DNA of 64,000 bases. Source: an uncultured Verrucomicrobiae bacterium. Lineage in GTDB: Bacteria > Verrucomicrobiota > Verrucomicrobiia > Limisphaerales > Palsa-1400. Under the pieces are notes generated by a model that saw nothing but the letters and a program-made list of their open reading frames with translations, searched no databases and was not told the DNA's origin. The position numbers and the translations under genes are program-made. Of this stretch, positions 21,016 to 34,378 are shown piece by piece. Each line of letters opens with the position of its first letter. Positions within the stretch are counted from its first letter, which is position 1. The stretch is taken from positions 2,400,001 through 2,464,000 of the forward strand of contig OY969763.1 of assembly GCA_963702845.1 (NCBI GenBank), in the 5' to 3' direction.

Positions 21016-24000
21016 ATGAAAAAGTTTTTCTCCTTTTCCGTTTCCGTTTTGCTCGCGCTGTTGCCCACGGCAAAGGCGCAGAATCTGACTGTATCAACTT
21101 TAGGCGGGCAATGCCGGACAGGCTAGTGCCGATGGCACCAGCAGCAACGCCCGGTTCAATAACCCGTGGGGCGTTACCGTTGATGCCAGCGGCAACGTTT
21201 ATGTCGTCGATACTGACAGTCACATTATTCGCAAAGTGACCAGTGGCGGAACTGTCACCACCATCGCCGGCACACTCGGCGTTTCGGGCACGAACGACGC
21301 GACGGGCACCAGCGCAAAGTTCAATTCGCCTCAGGGTATTGTCGTTGACGCGGTCGGCACACTTTACGTGACAGATACTGGCAACCACACCATTCGTAAG
21401 ATTACTTCGGGAGGGGTTGTCACAACTCTGGCAGGCGCACCGACAATTTCGGGCACGACTGACGGCAGCGGTAGCAATGCACGGTTCAATCAACCTGAAG
21501 GCATCGCGATCAATGCGGCTGGAACGATTCTATATGTCGCCGATACCGGCAATCACACAATTCGCAGCGTGACGACCGGCGGAACTGTTACGACTTACGC
21601 CGGAATCGCCGGAACGCCGGGCAGCGCGAACTTAACTGGAACGAGTGCTTCGTTTAACACGCCTCAAGGTGTCGCAGTTGATTCGTCCGGCAACGTGTAT
21701 GTGGCTGATACGGGTAATCAATTGATTCGATTGATTTCTGCTGGAGCAGTCGTGTCCACGATTGCCGGCGTGTCAGGCACGATTGGCAGCACCGACGCTC
21801 CAGCGTCAGCGAACACGCTATTTTGGGATCCAATCGGCATCGCAGTTGATGGTTCGGGAAATGTGTATGTCGCCGACTCCTTCAATAATACGATTCGTAA
21901 GCTAACTTCAGGGACGAGCACCACGCCAGCCGGGTCCGCAGGAAACGTGGGCAGCGCCGATGGTAGCGGTGCTACGGCACGTTTTTGGCAACCGCAGGGT
22001 GTTGCAGTGGATATTTCTGGAAACGTTTACGTTGCCGATGGCGGCAATGGAACAATTCGCAAAATAGTTGGCACCACGGTGAGCACGTTAGCGGGCTCGC
22101 CAACGATTGGCAGCGCCGATGGCAACTCGACTACGGCGCGTTTTTTTTTCCCGTCAGGCGCGTGCATCGATAGCAGCGGCAATGTTTATGTTGCCGACAC
22201 GTTAAATCACACGATTCGCACGGTTACTTCTGCTGGCGTGGCCAGCACCCTCGCTGGAACAGCCGGTGTGTCGGGATCGACAGATGGCAGCGCTGGCTCC
22301 GCTCGATTCAATGCTCCACAAGGTATTGCTCGCGACGGCTCTGGGAATCTCTATGTAGCCGATACGGCCAATCATACCATCCGCAAAATTGTCGGCACAA
22401 CCGTAAGCCTGTTCGCTGGAACCGCTGGAACCAGCGGCGTAGCCGACGGCAACGTAAACGCCGCGCAATTTAATTTTCCGCACGACGTCGCGGTTGAGGC
22501 ATCCGGCAATGTTTACGTTGCCGATACCTGGAATCACACGATTCGTAAAATCACCACCGGCGGCGCCGTTTCAACTCTTGCCGGACAAGCCGGAATTTTC
22601 GGTGACAGTGACGGCACAGGCGCAAACGTAGGAACGAACGGCGCACGTTTTTATGCACCCGGCGGTCTCACCGTCGATGCTACCGGGAATGTTTATGTCG
22701 CGGACACTTATAATCATATCATTCGCAAGATTACTCCAGGCGGTGTCGTGAGCACTCTGGCCGGTTTAGGCGGTTTGCTTGGAACCGTCGACGGCACAAA
22801 TAACGTTGCTCGATTTTTCTTCCCGCAAGCAATCGCTGTTGATGGTAGCGGCAATTTGTTCGTGCTTGATTCAGGCAATCATACGATACGTAAATTGACG
22901 GCCTCGGGAACCAATTGGGTTGTAACAACGGTCGCGGGCGCAGCGAATCTGAGCGGAACCGTGGATGGGACTGGCCTCGGCGCACGTTTCTTTGCTCCCG
23001 CAGGATTAGGCATCAATTCCTCCGGCACACTCGCCGTTGCTGATCTCGGCAATAATACAATTCGCACCGCTTCGGCAGCATCTGGTTCGGCTCCCACTAT
23101 TACTCAACAACCGCAATCGCAGACTGTCATAAAGACGCAAACGGCGTCATTCAGTGTGACCGCGACCGGCACCGGACCGCTTGGTTACCAATGGTATTTC
23201 AACTCGGGCGTAATCGCGGGTGCGACGGCTTCGACTTACACCAAATCAAATATTCAAACGACGGATGCTGGGTCGTATTCGGTGACGGTCACGAACGCAG
23301 GCGGCGCCACGCCGAGCGTGAATGCCATTTTGACGGTCACCGTTCCGCCTTCCATTACAACGGGGCCGCAAAGCCAAACGGTCAGCGCGGGCGCGAGCAC
23401 TTTGTTTACTGTCACGGCGGCTGGCACGGTTCCGCTGAGTTACCAATGGTTTTTTGGGGCAGCAGCGATTTCGGGAGCAAACGCGTCCGCTTACACTCTC
23501 AACAACGCCCAAGCTGCTAATGTGGGCAGTTATTCAGTGGTGGTGACAAACATTGCGGGGACGACGACTAGCGGCAATGCCACACTGTCAGTGACTCCGG
23601 CTGGCCCGACAATCACCGCTCAACCGCAAAGCCAGTCTGTCGCTCAGAGTTCGACCGCGACTTTGAGTGTCACCGCCAGTGGAACTACTCCCCTTTCCTA
23701 TCAGTGGCGGTTTAATAATGTGACGATCGGCGGAGCAACGGGCTCAAGTTACACCATCGCAAGTGTGCAGCCGGCAAACGCAGGAAGTTATTCGGTTGTC
23801 GCGAGCAATGCTATTAACACCGTAACCAGTTCGACCGCGACGCTGACGATTTTGGTTCCACCGGTCATCAGCACCCAGCCACAAAGCCAACTGACGTTTG
23901 TGGGGAGCAACGTGACCTTCACTGTCGGCCTCTCGCAAGGAACGAATGTCACTTATCAATGGCAGCAGAACGGCAGCGCTATTTCCGGTGCAACGCTATC

Positions 24001-27000
24001 GAGTTACTCGATTTCGCCGGTCCAGTGGGCAAATGCTGGTTCATATTCGGTTGTGGTCACGAATGGCGCAGGGAGCGCGACGAGCACAACCGCGATGCTG
24101 GTGGTGCAACAAACGCCGCAAAATTTCTTCGACGGATTCGAAACGTATAACTTGGGTTGCATCGATAACAACTTCAGCGGCGGCCCCAATGCAAATCCAG
24201 CGACGGACCCTTGGTGGGGTTTGTCGACATCGGTACCAAAAGGCGGGGTCACGAACGCAAGCACTGGGATCACTCCTCACGCAGGCAGTCAGATGTTAGG
24301 CTTGGTGAATACCGCCCAAGCCGTCCAACAGGACTACATGAATCTCATGTCCCGACTCAATTCCGGATCCAATTATTACGGCAACATCCTGTGCGATTGG
24401 TGGTTTTATGATCCTTACGGTAGCGCTGCCAGCGGCGCAACCAATTACCAGGACTATCTCGCTCTCTACAATTCGCCCAATGCGTCGCCCACTTCCGATT
24501 ATACGACCCTGGTTCTCGGCACTCCGACTCAACGGATGTCTCTAGGAGCATTCAACCAGTCGACAGGATACAATTACTCAAATTACCAGGCGCGCATCAT
24601 CGGAGGCACCGGCGGCACTTTCGGTTCCGGCAACAGTTGGTATAACACCACCACTGTGCGCTCGGTTGGCTGGCATCACGCGCGAATTCTACTCGGTATC
24701 GCAGACGTCTCAAATAATGCGCCAGTTTGGATGTACATTGACAACATGACCAATGCAGCGGTTGCGTCGATTACCGACGGCGCTTTCGGTATCAATTTAA
24801 TCGAGTTGAACCACGAAATGTTCAAAGCTGGATTTTATGGTTACTTCGACGACTTAAACTTCCAGGTGGCAAACGATCCATGGATCGTTGAACAGCCTCA
24901 AAACGCGACGATCGTTGCGGGCAATTCGACAACGTTGACGACGGTTGCGATCGGCACGGGCTTTCAGTGGCAATTGAACGGCAATCCTATTTCGGGCGCA
25001 ACTAGCAGCGCATATACGATCCCTTCCGCCACTGCCAACGACTTGGGATCTTACACGTGCGTGATCACGGGCACGAACGGAACGATCAGCACGTCTGTAG
25101 CGGTTCTCACGGTGTTTGGGCCGCCAGTTATCAACGGGCAGCCGGCAAATCAAACGGTAAACCAGGGACAAGATGCGACATTCAATGTTTCGGCAATTGG
25201 CAACCCACCCTTGAGCTATCAATGGAGATTCAATACCACCCCAATCGGCGGAGCTAATTCGAGCAGCTACACGGTCCACGGTGCGACGAATGGAAACACC
25301 GGTAGTTACACAGTGGTCGTGAGCAATGGTTCCGGTAACACCACCAGTTCCACGGCGACATTGACTGTGATCATCCCGCCGTCAGTCACCGGCCAACCTT
25401 CGAGCACGACGGTCAGCCAAGGTCAGAATGCAATTTTCACAGCTACGGCAAGTGGCACGGCTCCGCTGGCTTATCAATGGCGATTCAACAACGCGGACAT
25501 TTCGGGAGCGAATTCCAGCAGTTACACAAAGACCAGCGCACAACCGGTGGATGCTGGCACCTATTCAGTTGTGGTGACGAATACAGCGGGAGCCGCAACA
25601 AGTTCCGGTGCGGTTCTCACTGTCATTGTGCCGCCTTCGATTACTTCACAACCCGTCAGTGTAGCAGTGATGGAGGGTTCGACCGCGAGCTTTAACGTCA
25701 CCGCGACCGGCACCAGCCCGAACTATCAATGGCGCTTCAACGGAACACCGATCGCCAACGCCACAGCGACGTCGTACCACAAGGTGGGAGCACAAGCCGG
25801 AGATGCAGGTAGTTATTCGGTGGTTGTTTCAAACAATGCCGGCACGGTAACGAGCGGTAACGCAATGTTAACAGTCGTTTCGACCGCAACCGCTTTGAAC
25901 AGCATCACAGCCAATCCAGACGACACCGTCAGCTTGGTTTGGCAGGTGACGGCGAACACAAACTACACGCTTCATTACAAGACCAATCTGTTGGATACGC
26001 AATGGAACGATATCAACAATTTTACGCCGACGGGATCGACGCTGACCGTGTCTGATGGGCCGGTCGCCGACGTGCAACGTTCATTTCAATTGGCGTCGGC
26101 CCAGGCGGTGAGCGAAATCGGTGGCTTGTTGCGACTGACACTGCTCGGCAATTCCGACAACATTGTTTCAATCCCATTCGGTCGCGCGCCTGCTATCTCG
26201 CTGCTGGTCGGATCGACTTCCGCAAACGTTATCACTGTCAGCAGTTCACCGGGTTGGACCGCGAACCAGTTCGTCTATTCTTCGGGAACGCAGTCGAACA
26301 ACTACTTTGTTCGTCTCACGTCGGGAGCCGCCGCTGGACGCATTTATCCGATCACCGCAAACGGCGCGAATACTTTAACGATTAACCTCGGCAACGATTC
26401 TTTGGCAGTGGTCGCGCAGAATGATGCGTTGTCGATTGAAGCTTATTGGACGCTCAACACGGTGTTCCCGAACGGCACTGGCGTAAACGTTTCGCCAACC
26501 GTTGGCAATCGTAACACCGAAGTTCTGATCCCTGACCTGACGTCGGCGGGAATCAATTTGAGCGCGTCGAAAGTCTACTTCTTTAACGCCGGAATTTGGA
26601 AGCAAGTCGGTGGGGGCGGCACGAGCCACAATGACGATGCGTTGCAGCCGAACACCTTCCTGATTGTGCGGCACAATGTCGCGACGAACACGGTATTGAC
26701 CGCGGCGGGGCGCGTGATTTCGTCGGCGCTTACCATGACCTTGCTGACGCAAACGGGCACATTGCAGGATAATTGCATCGGCCTGCAGCGACCTGTTGCT
26801 GTTTCGCTAAACAACTCAGGATTAATCAGCAGCGGCGCATTTAGCCAAAGTCCCACGCCCGGCAACAGAACAGATGAGTTGCTGACGTTCGACAACAGCG
26901 TTGTCGCTCGAAACAAATCCTCGTCGGCGTCATATTATTATTGGAGCAACGCGTGGCATCAGGTTGGGGCGGGCACCACAGATGTCGGCACGAATGAGAT

Positions 27001-27088
27001 ATTCCAACCCGCTACCGGAGTTATCATCCGCAAGGGAACCAACAATGTGTCGCCGGTTTGGACGAACTCTGCGACGTGGACGCAATAA
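21016..27088 (+). CDS. giant secreted/surface protein: 12 NHL repeats, 8 Ig-like domains, central beta-sandwich, C-terminal TIGR02597-like domain
   Basis: Signal peptide MKKFFSFSVSVLLALLPTAKA at 21016 joins ORF 21236-27088 through a +1 indel near 21103; FxxPxGxxVDxxGNVYVAD repeats; PxITxQPQS..YQW..GSYSVVV Ig repeats. Confidence 0.88.
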
Positions 27089-27148
27089 CGCGCGGTTAGG
27101 AGCTTGAAACCCTACCCTCCAACTTCTAACTTCTAGTTTCTTATTTAT

Positions 27149-27667
27149 ATGAACTGGCTCGTATTTGCATTGATGACCGTTGTGTCGTGGGGATTGTATG
27201 GAATCCTGCTCCACTCCGGCCAGGTCGCGATGGCTGACAAAGCCAATGGACTTTACAAAGCATTCCTGTTTGTTGGACTCGCGTATTTTCTCACAGCCGT
27301 GCTTGCCCCACTCGGAATGTTGGTCACGCGAAAAGCGGATTGGATCTTTCCAGCGGCGGGCATGGGATGGTCGCTGGTAGCGGGAATCGCGGGCGCGATT
27401 GGCGCGTTTTGCGTGTTACTCGCATTTGCTTCCGGTGGTAAACCTGGAGTGGTGATGTCGATTGTTTTCGCCGGCGCGCCAATTGTGAACGCCGTTGTAG
27501 CGATATTTATGAATCCTCCGGAAGGTGGCTTCGGCTCGATCAAGCCACAGTTTTATCTTGGAATCCTTCTCGCAGCGCTCGGCGGCTTTCTGGTGACATT
27601 TTACAAACCCGCTCCGCCGAAACCGGTACCCGCAGCGATAACAGCAGTGAAACAAGCGCCGCACTAA
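27149..27667 (+). CDS. small membrane protein (EamA/DMT-like)
   Basis: About five TM helices; WGLYG; VMSIVFAGAPIVNA. Confidence 0.75.
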   Translation: MNWLVFALMTVVSWGLYGILLHSGQVAMADKANGLYKAFLFVGLAYFLTAVLAPLGMLVTRKADWIFPAAGMGWSLVAGIAGAIGAFCVLLAFASGGKPGVVMSIVFAGAPIVNAVVAIFMNPPEGGFGSIKPQFYLGILLAALGGFLVTFYKPAPPKPVPAAITAVKQAPH

Positions 27668-28938
27668 TGGCGAACGCCTTCCCCACTCGCGACGAAATCG
27701 AGTCATTACAGCTCGCTCAACTCCGCCGCGTTTTGGAGCAGATTCAACCGGCCAATAAATTCTACGCGCGCAAGCTTTCCGGAATCGACACGCGCATTTC
27801 GAGCCTGGCCGATTTTACGCAACGGTTTCCGTTCACGACAAAACAAGAGTTAAGTGCGGACCAGGTGGCGAATCCTCCTTTCGGCACCAACCTCACCTAT
27901 CCCGTTGAAGAATACACCCGCTACTGCCAAACGAGCGGCACCACGCGCGAGCCGTTACGATGGCTCGATACGAAAGCCGATTGGCAATGGATGGTCGATA
28001 GTTGGAAAACAATTTTTCTCGCCGCGGACGTCACGGCTGTCGATCGCGTTTACTTCGCATTTTCCTTTGGACCGTTCATCGGATTCTGGCTCGCCTTCGA
28101 CGCCGCTCAACAGATCGGATCGATCTGCATACCGGGCGGTGGCCTGAGCAGTCCAGCCCGCTTGCGCGCAATGCGGGACGCAGGCGCATCCGTGCTTTGC
28201 TGCACACCAAGTTACGCGATTCGTCTGGGTGAAGTGGCGCTGGAGGAAAATATTTCGGTCACAACAATCAAGGTTCTAATCGTCGCGGGAGAACCAGGCG
28301 GCAGTATTCCGGCGACACGTAAACGAATGGAACAGCTTTGGCCAACGGCTCGCGTGTTCGATCATCATGGCATGACAGAAACCGGCCCGGTCACGTTTGA
28401 ATGTCCGGTCCAACCGGGAATTCTGCACGTCATCGAGACGGCGTACTTGACGGAGATTCTGGACGCGCAGGGCAACAGGGTAGAACCCGGCGATGCCGGC
28501 GAATTGGTTTTGACCCCACTCGGACGCGCCGCCTCTCCCCTGCTCCGCTACAAAACCGGCGACATGGTCAAAGCAGTCGTGCAATCCGAATGCAAATGCG
28601 GTCGATCCCTCCTCGCACTCAACGGAGGAATTCTCGGCCGCATCGACGACATGGTGGTGGTTCGCGGTGTCAACGTTTACCCCAGTGCATTTGAAGATTT
28701 GTTGCGCAACTTTTTGCAGGTGGCGGAGTATCAAGTCGAGGTGGACAAAACCAAACCTCTGGCCGAGGTGCATTTGCAAATCGAACCGGTCGATGCAGGT
28801 GCGAACTCAAATTTAGCGGACGAAATCCAGAACGCCCTTCAAGACACATTTCATTTGCGCGTGCCGGTGACAATCGTGGCTTGTGGCTCACTGCCGCGTT
28901 TTGAAATGAAAGCCAAACGCTGGAAGGTCAGAGTCTGA
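27667..28938 (+). CDS. phenylacetate--CoA ligase family (PaaK-like) AMP-binding protein
   Basis: FPFTTKQEL; QTSGTT; AGEPG; HGMTETGP; LLRYKTGD; GRIDDMVVVRGVNVYPS. Confidence 0.88.
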   Translation: MANAFPTRDEIESLQLAQLRRVLEQIQPANKFYARKLSGIDTRISSLADFTQRFPFTTKQELSADQVANPPFGTNLTYPVEEYTRYCQTSGTTREPLRWLDTKADWQWMVDSWKTIFLAADVTAVDRVYFAFSFGPFIGFWLAFDAAQQIGSICIPGGGLSSPARLRAMRDAGASVLCCTPSYAIRLGEVALEENISVTTIKVLIVAGEPGGSIPATRKRMEQLWPTARVFDHHGMTETGPVTFECPVQPGILHVIETAYLTEILDAQGNRVEPGDAGELVLTPLGRAASPLLRYKTGDMVKAVVQSECKCGRSLLALNGGILGRIDDMVVVRGVNVYPSAFEDLLRNFLQVAEYQVEVDKTKPLAEVHLQIEPVDAGANSNLADEIQNALQDTFHLRVPVTIVACGSLPRFEMKAKRWKVRV

Positions 28939-29101
28939 TGACTGGCTACAAAATGAATTTGCCGACAGTGCTGATGCTTTGAATCTCCGAAAACTATTTG
29001 CAGGACATTGCGACAGCGCAAGATGACACTCGGTGAATGTTGTATTTTTCAATCCTCCAATTGGCGCATTGAGGAAGTCACACCCGTGGATAGATTTCAC
29101 C

Positions 29102-29272
29102 ATGTTAAGATGGGCTGTCATATTTCTAATCGTCGCTCTGCTCGCAGGGATTCTCGGTTTTTGGGGTATTGCCGGAACGGCAGCGGCGATTGCGAAAGTG
29201 CTGTTCTTCATCTTCATAGCGTTCTTCCTGCTCATGCTCCTTCTGGGGCTGTTTGTGGGTAGTCGAGCATGA
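29102..29272 (+). CDS. DUF1328 (YtjA-like) small membrane protein
   Basis: [38 protein letters not shown]. Confidence 0.9.
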   Translation: MLRWAVIFLIVALLAGILGFWGIAGTAAAIAKVLFFIFIAFFLLMLLLGLFVGSRA

Positions 29273-29396
29273 CGATGAAAATTCGAAGTGTGGAGTGAAA
29301 GCGCTGGGAGGCAGGGGCAAATGGGCCGCTCAAGTTTTTATTCTGCACCCTTTTTATTTTTGGACAGGCGATGCTGGTTTACGTTAGCCTCGCAGC

Positions 29397-30242
29397 ATGA
29401 GAATCGGCATCAACACGTTCCTGTTCACTTCTCCATTCAACAACGAAAGCACGCGCCTGTTCCCGAAGTTCAAGAAATGGGGTTTTGAATCGATTGAAAT
29501 CCCGATTGAAGATCCATCGCACATCGACCCAGCCCACGTGAAACGTGAGTTGGATAAAAACGGTCTTGTTTGCGGTTCTGTTTGCGCCTGCATGGGACCG
29601 GATCGCGACTTACGCGGAAATGTGCAACAGCAACGCACCGGCCTGAAATACATGATGAAGGTGCTGGACCAAATGGTGGTGTTGGATTGCCCGGCGTTGA
29701 TCGGCCCGGTTTATTCATCCGTTGGCCGTGCCGACGCTGTTCCCGCGAAAGAATACAAACAGCAATGGCGCACCGTTGCTGGCCATCTCAAAACGTTGTC
29801 GAAGTATGCTCGAGATCGGAAGAAATTAGTCTGTCTCGAACCTCTGAATCGTTTTGAAACAGATTTCATCAACACGTGCGACCAGGCGATCAACATGGTT
29901 GAGGCGGTGGGGAGTCCGGCGCTGAAAATCCATCTCGATACCTTCCACATGAACATCGAGGAAAAAGACCAGGCTGCGGCCATTCGCAAAGCCGGAAAGT
30001 TGCTCGGCCATTTCCACGCCTGCGGCAGCGACCGCGGCACGCCGGGCAATGACCACATCGATTGGAAGCCTATTGCCAGGGCGCTGAAGTCGATCGGATA
30101 CAAGGGTGACGTTGTGATTGAATCATTCACCACCGATGTCAAAGTCATTGCGAAAGCTGCGGCGATTTGGCGTCGCATGGAGCCGACCCGGGATGAAATC
30201 GCCGTCAAAGGCATCAAATTTTTGAAGAAGAACCTGATATAA
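29397..30242 (+). CDS. sugar isomerase/epimerase, D-psicose/D-tagatose 3-epimerase family
   Basis: LEPLNRFE; HLDTFHMNIEE; HFH..DRGTPG; IESF. Confidence 0.9.
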   Translation: MRIGINTFLFTSPFNNESTRLFPKFKKWGFESIEIPIEDPSHIDPAHVKRELDKNGLVCGSVCACMGPDRDLRGNVQQQRTGLKYMMKVLDQMVVLDCPALIGPVYSSVGRADAVPAKEYKQQWRTVAGHLKTLSKYARDRKKLVCLEPLNRFETDFINTCDQAINMVEAVGSPALKIHLDTFHMNIEEKDQAAAIRKAGKLLGHFHACGSDRGTPGNDHIDWKPIARALKSIGYKGDVVIESFTTDVKVIAKAAAIWRRMEPTRDEIAVKGIKFLKKNLI

Positions 30243-30272
30243 CCGCAGACAACGCAAAGAACACAAAGATCA

Positions 30273-33200
30273 ATGAACAAACTATTTCGTTTCCTGACCG
30301 CATTCACCTTGCTTGCGGGCACTTCGTTGTTTGCCGAAATCAGCGAAACATTGCCGACGCCGGACGATGATGCGGGGTTCGTGTCGATCTTCAATGGCAA
30401 AGACCTCACCGGCTGGGAAGGTCTGTCCGAGTTTTGGTCTGTTAAAGACGGAACGATCACCGGCCAAACCACGGAAGGCCACATACCCAAAGAAAACACG
30501 TTTCTTGTTTGGAAAGGCGGACAACCGGCGGATTTCGAAATCCATTGCCAGTTCAAACTCGTCGCGAACAATGATCAGGGCTTCGCCAATTCCGGCATTC
30601 AATATCGCAGCAAGGTTTTGAAACCTGATTACTTCGTAGTCGGCGGTTACCAGGCTGACATGGAAAATGGGCCAACTTACTCCGGCATTTTGTACGAAGA
30701 AAAGGGCCGTGGCATTCTGGCGCAGCGCGGTGACATGGTGGTCATCAATCCTAATGGTAAAAAGGACGTTGTCGGTTCGACTGGCAAATCCGCGGAGATC
30801 CAGGCGCAAATTAAAAAGGGTGATTGGAACGATTACGTCGTTATCGCGCGCGGAAATCATCTACAGCATTTCATCAATGGACATCAAACCATCGACGTCA
30901 TCGACCAGCAGGCCGACAAAGCGGCCAAGACCGGTGTGATCGCGCTGCAGATCCACAGAGGTCAACCGATGCTGGTGCAGTTTAAGAATTTCAAAATAAA
31001 ACAATTTGAAACACCTTCGAAGAACCAAACAGGGACGAAGAAGATCGTCTTCATTGCTGGCAAACCGAGCCATGGTCCCGGTGACCACGAATATCGCGCT
31101 GGTTTTCTGCTGCTACAAAAATGCCTCGCGAATGTTTCTGGCATCACTTCGGTCGTTTACTCGAATGATTGGCCGACGGAATCACACGCTCTTGATGATG
31201 CGGCGGCGATTGTAATGTTTAGCGATGGCACGGGCAGACACCCTGCTTTGCAGGATGATCGGCTGCAACAGCTCGGCGAGCTGATGAAAAAGGGCGTCGG
31301 ATTCGGCTGCATTCATTACGCTGTCGAACCCGTCCGGGAAAAAGGCGAAAAGGAATTTATCGATTGGATGGGCGGCGCCTTTGAAATCTTTTGGTCGGTG
31401 AATCCGTTTTGGACTGCCGACTTCAAGCAATTGCCACAACACCCGGTCACTCGCGGAGTGCAGCCATTCAGCATCAATGACGAATGGTATTTCAACATGC
31501 GCTTCCGTCCGAACATGGAAGGCGTCACGCCCATCCTGACGGCTGTTGCGCCGCCTGACACAATGAGCCGTCCCGACGGAGATCATTCAGGGAATCCCGC
31601 GGTGCGCAAACTCGTCGAACAGCAAATTCCCCAGCACGTGATGTGGGTGGCTGAACGTCCCGATGGTGGCCGTGGATTTGGTTTCACCGGTGGCCACAGG
31701 CATACGAATTGGGGCAATGAGGATTTCCGCAAAGTGGTCCTCAACGCCATTGTTTGGATCGCAAAAGTCGATGTGCCGGAAAACGGTGTTGCGAGCACGG
31801 TCACACCCGATGACCTGAAGCAGAACCTCGACATTAAAGGCCAAAAAAAAACCAAAAACCAAAGCAAAAGCCCAAGCAGTAAGTAAACCGCAAGCAGCGA
31901 CGAAACCGGACGCTGCCCGGCCCGTCATCACAGAAGCCGCCGGAAGTGATTCAGTCAAACCGATTTTCCGCAGCGGCGTTATTCGTTCCGGTCGGACTAC
32001 GATTGACGTTCAGATTTCACACGCAAAGGAACTGTGGCTCGCCGTTAGCGACGGCGGCGAGAAACGCGACAACAACCTCATCATACTGGGTGATCCGAAA
32101 TTGATTCGCGCCGATGGATCGGAAGTGTATCTCACAAAGTTTCAAGAAGAGTTTATTCGCCCAGCACGGGTCGGGATTAATACAACTGTGAACGGCAAAC
32201 CGTTGCGCATCCTGCAAAAGAGCTATTCACATGGCTACAGCGCGCCAGCACCATTACTCGTTGGTTTCCATCTGCGCGAGGAGTTCGATCGACTTTACAT
32301 CAAAGCCGGAATTGATGCCGCAGTCGACCCGAATGCTTCCAAAAAACGCCTGGAGGATGTTCCTGTGAATGCGCCGAAGGTTGAGTTTGCCGTTTTCACC
32401 AGCCGTCCGAACGAAGCATTTCTAAAACAACCATTCGACACGACCCAGCGATTCGGCCTCGCCGCAGCACAAGCCTCGCTCAAGGATTTAAAAGTTGCAG
32501 ATGGGTTTGAGGTGTCGCTCTTCGCGTGTGAACCGATGGTGCGCAATCCAACTGACATGGACATCGATGCGAAAGGTCGGGTCTGGGTTTGCGAAGGTGT
32601 CAATTATCGCAGCACGTTTCAGCCTTGGGGAGTCATTCGTCCAGCGGGAGATCGTATCGTTGTGCTCGAAGATACCGATGGCAACGGAATGGCCGACAAA
32701 GAAACGACTTTTTATCAGGGGCCGGAAATTAATTCAGCACTCGGCGTATGTGTGCTGGGCAATAAGGCAATTGTTTGCTGCTCACCGAACGTCTTCGTTT
32801 TCACGGACACAGACGGGGATGGGAAAGCCGATAAGAAGGAAATTTTGTTCAGCGGCATTAGTGGCGTTGACCATGACCATGGCGTGCACGCGTTCACCTT
32901 TGGACCGGACGGTAAGCTCTATTTCAATTTCGGCAACGAAAGCAAACAATTGAAACGGCCTGATGGCTCCCCTGTTCTCGATGTTGAAGGCCGCGAGGTT
33001 TCTGCGAAAGGCAAACCGTTCCGAAACGGAATGGTCATACGATGCAATCTCGACGGCAGCGAAGTCGAAGTGCTCGGATACAATTTCCGCAATCCCTATG
33101 AAGCTGCGGTCGATTCATTCGGCACGGTTTGGCAATCCGACAACGATGACGATGGCTCTAAAGCTGTTCGGATCAATTACATCATGGAGCACGGCAACTT

Positions 33201-34378
33201 CGGGTTTTACGATGAACTCACCGGTGCCGGCTGGGGACAAAAACGCAGCAATATGGAAGAGGAAATTTCGTTGCGTCATTGGCATCAGAACGATCCCGGG
33301 GTTATTCCAAATCTATTAATCACCGGCGCAGGTGCTCCGACCGGCATCACGATTTACGAAGGCAAGCTGCTGCCGAAAACCTTCCAAAATCAAATGCTTC
33401 ATTGCGATGCCGGCACGCGCGTCGTTCGCTGTTATCCAGTTCAACCCCTCGGCGCGGGATACAAAGCCGAAGCCGTCGACATTCTAACCAGCAGCGATGC
33501 GTGGTTCAGGCCTGCCGACGTGTGCGTCGCGCCTGATGGTTCAATTTACGTTGCTGATTGGAACGACGCGGGCGTCGGCGGACATAACATGGCTGATCGC
33601 GAGCTGGCAACAATGACAGGTCGCATTTATCGCATTGCACCGAAAGGCAACAAGCCAGCACGGTTGAAATACGAATTCAACACCGCGGCACAATGCATGG
33701 ACGCCCTGCGTTCCCCGAATAACGCCGCACGTTATCTCGCGTGGACAAAACTGCACGAGATGCGAAGGCAAAGCAGAAAAGGCGCTACTCAAAGATTGGC
33801 GCGGCAAAGATCAGCGGCTCGGGCCCGCGCACTGCATTTGCTCGCCCGCATACCCGGCAAACAGGAAAAATATGTGAAACAAGGACTCAACGATTCCAAC
33901 CCGGATATCCGGATCACCGCGCTGCGCATTGCCCGCTCGTTAAAAATGGATGTTATCCCTTACGTACAAAAGCTCGTAACCGATTCCAACGCGCAAGTCC
34001 GCCGCGAATGCGCCATCGCATTGCGCCATGACAGCTCCGATCGCGCAGCGGAATTATGGGCGCAATTGGCACAACAACACGACGGCAAAGACCGCTGGTA
34101 TTTGGAAGCACTCGGAATCGGCTCTGATGGCAACGAGGAGAAATTTTTCGCCGCGTGGCTCAAGAAAGCTGGTGACGAGTGGAACACGGTTGCCAGGTCG
34201 CGACATCATTTGGCGTTCCCGCGCGCCGGGTTCAGCAGCTTTTCTCGCAAAGATAATCGCCGACCCAAAAACTTCCGACGTAGAGCGCGCGCGTTGTTTT
34301 CGTGCGTTCGATTTCATTCCGGCCTGTTCGCAAAAACAGCAGGCGCTCGTGCAACTCGTGGCGGCGGCAACGAACTAG
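30273..34378 (+). CDS. multidomain secreted protein: DUF1080 + ThuA-like + NPCBM-like + PVC-type dehydrogenase propeller + HEAT repeats (frameshifted)
   Basis: IFNGKDLTGW/NSGIQYRS/GYQAD (DUF1080); SHGPGDHEY/DEWY/TGGH (ThuA). A shift in the A9 run 31843-31851 gives an open linker into ORF 32101 (DHDHGVH, NFRNPYE, WFRPADVCVAPDG). Further shifts near 33765-33815 and 34195. Confidence 0.78.
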
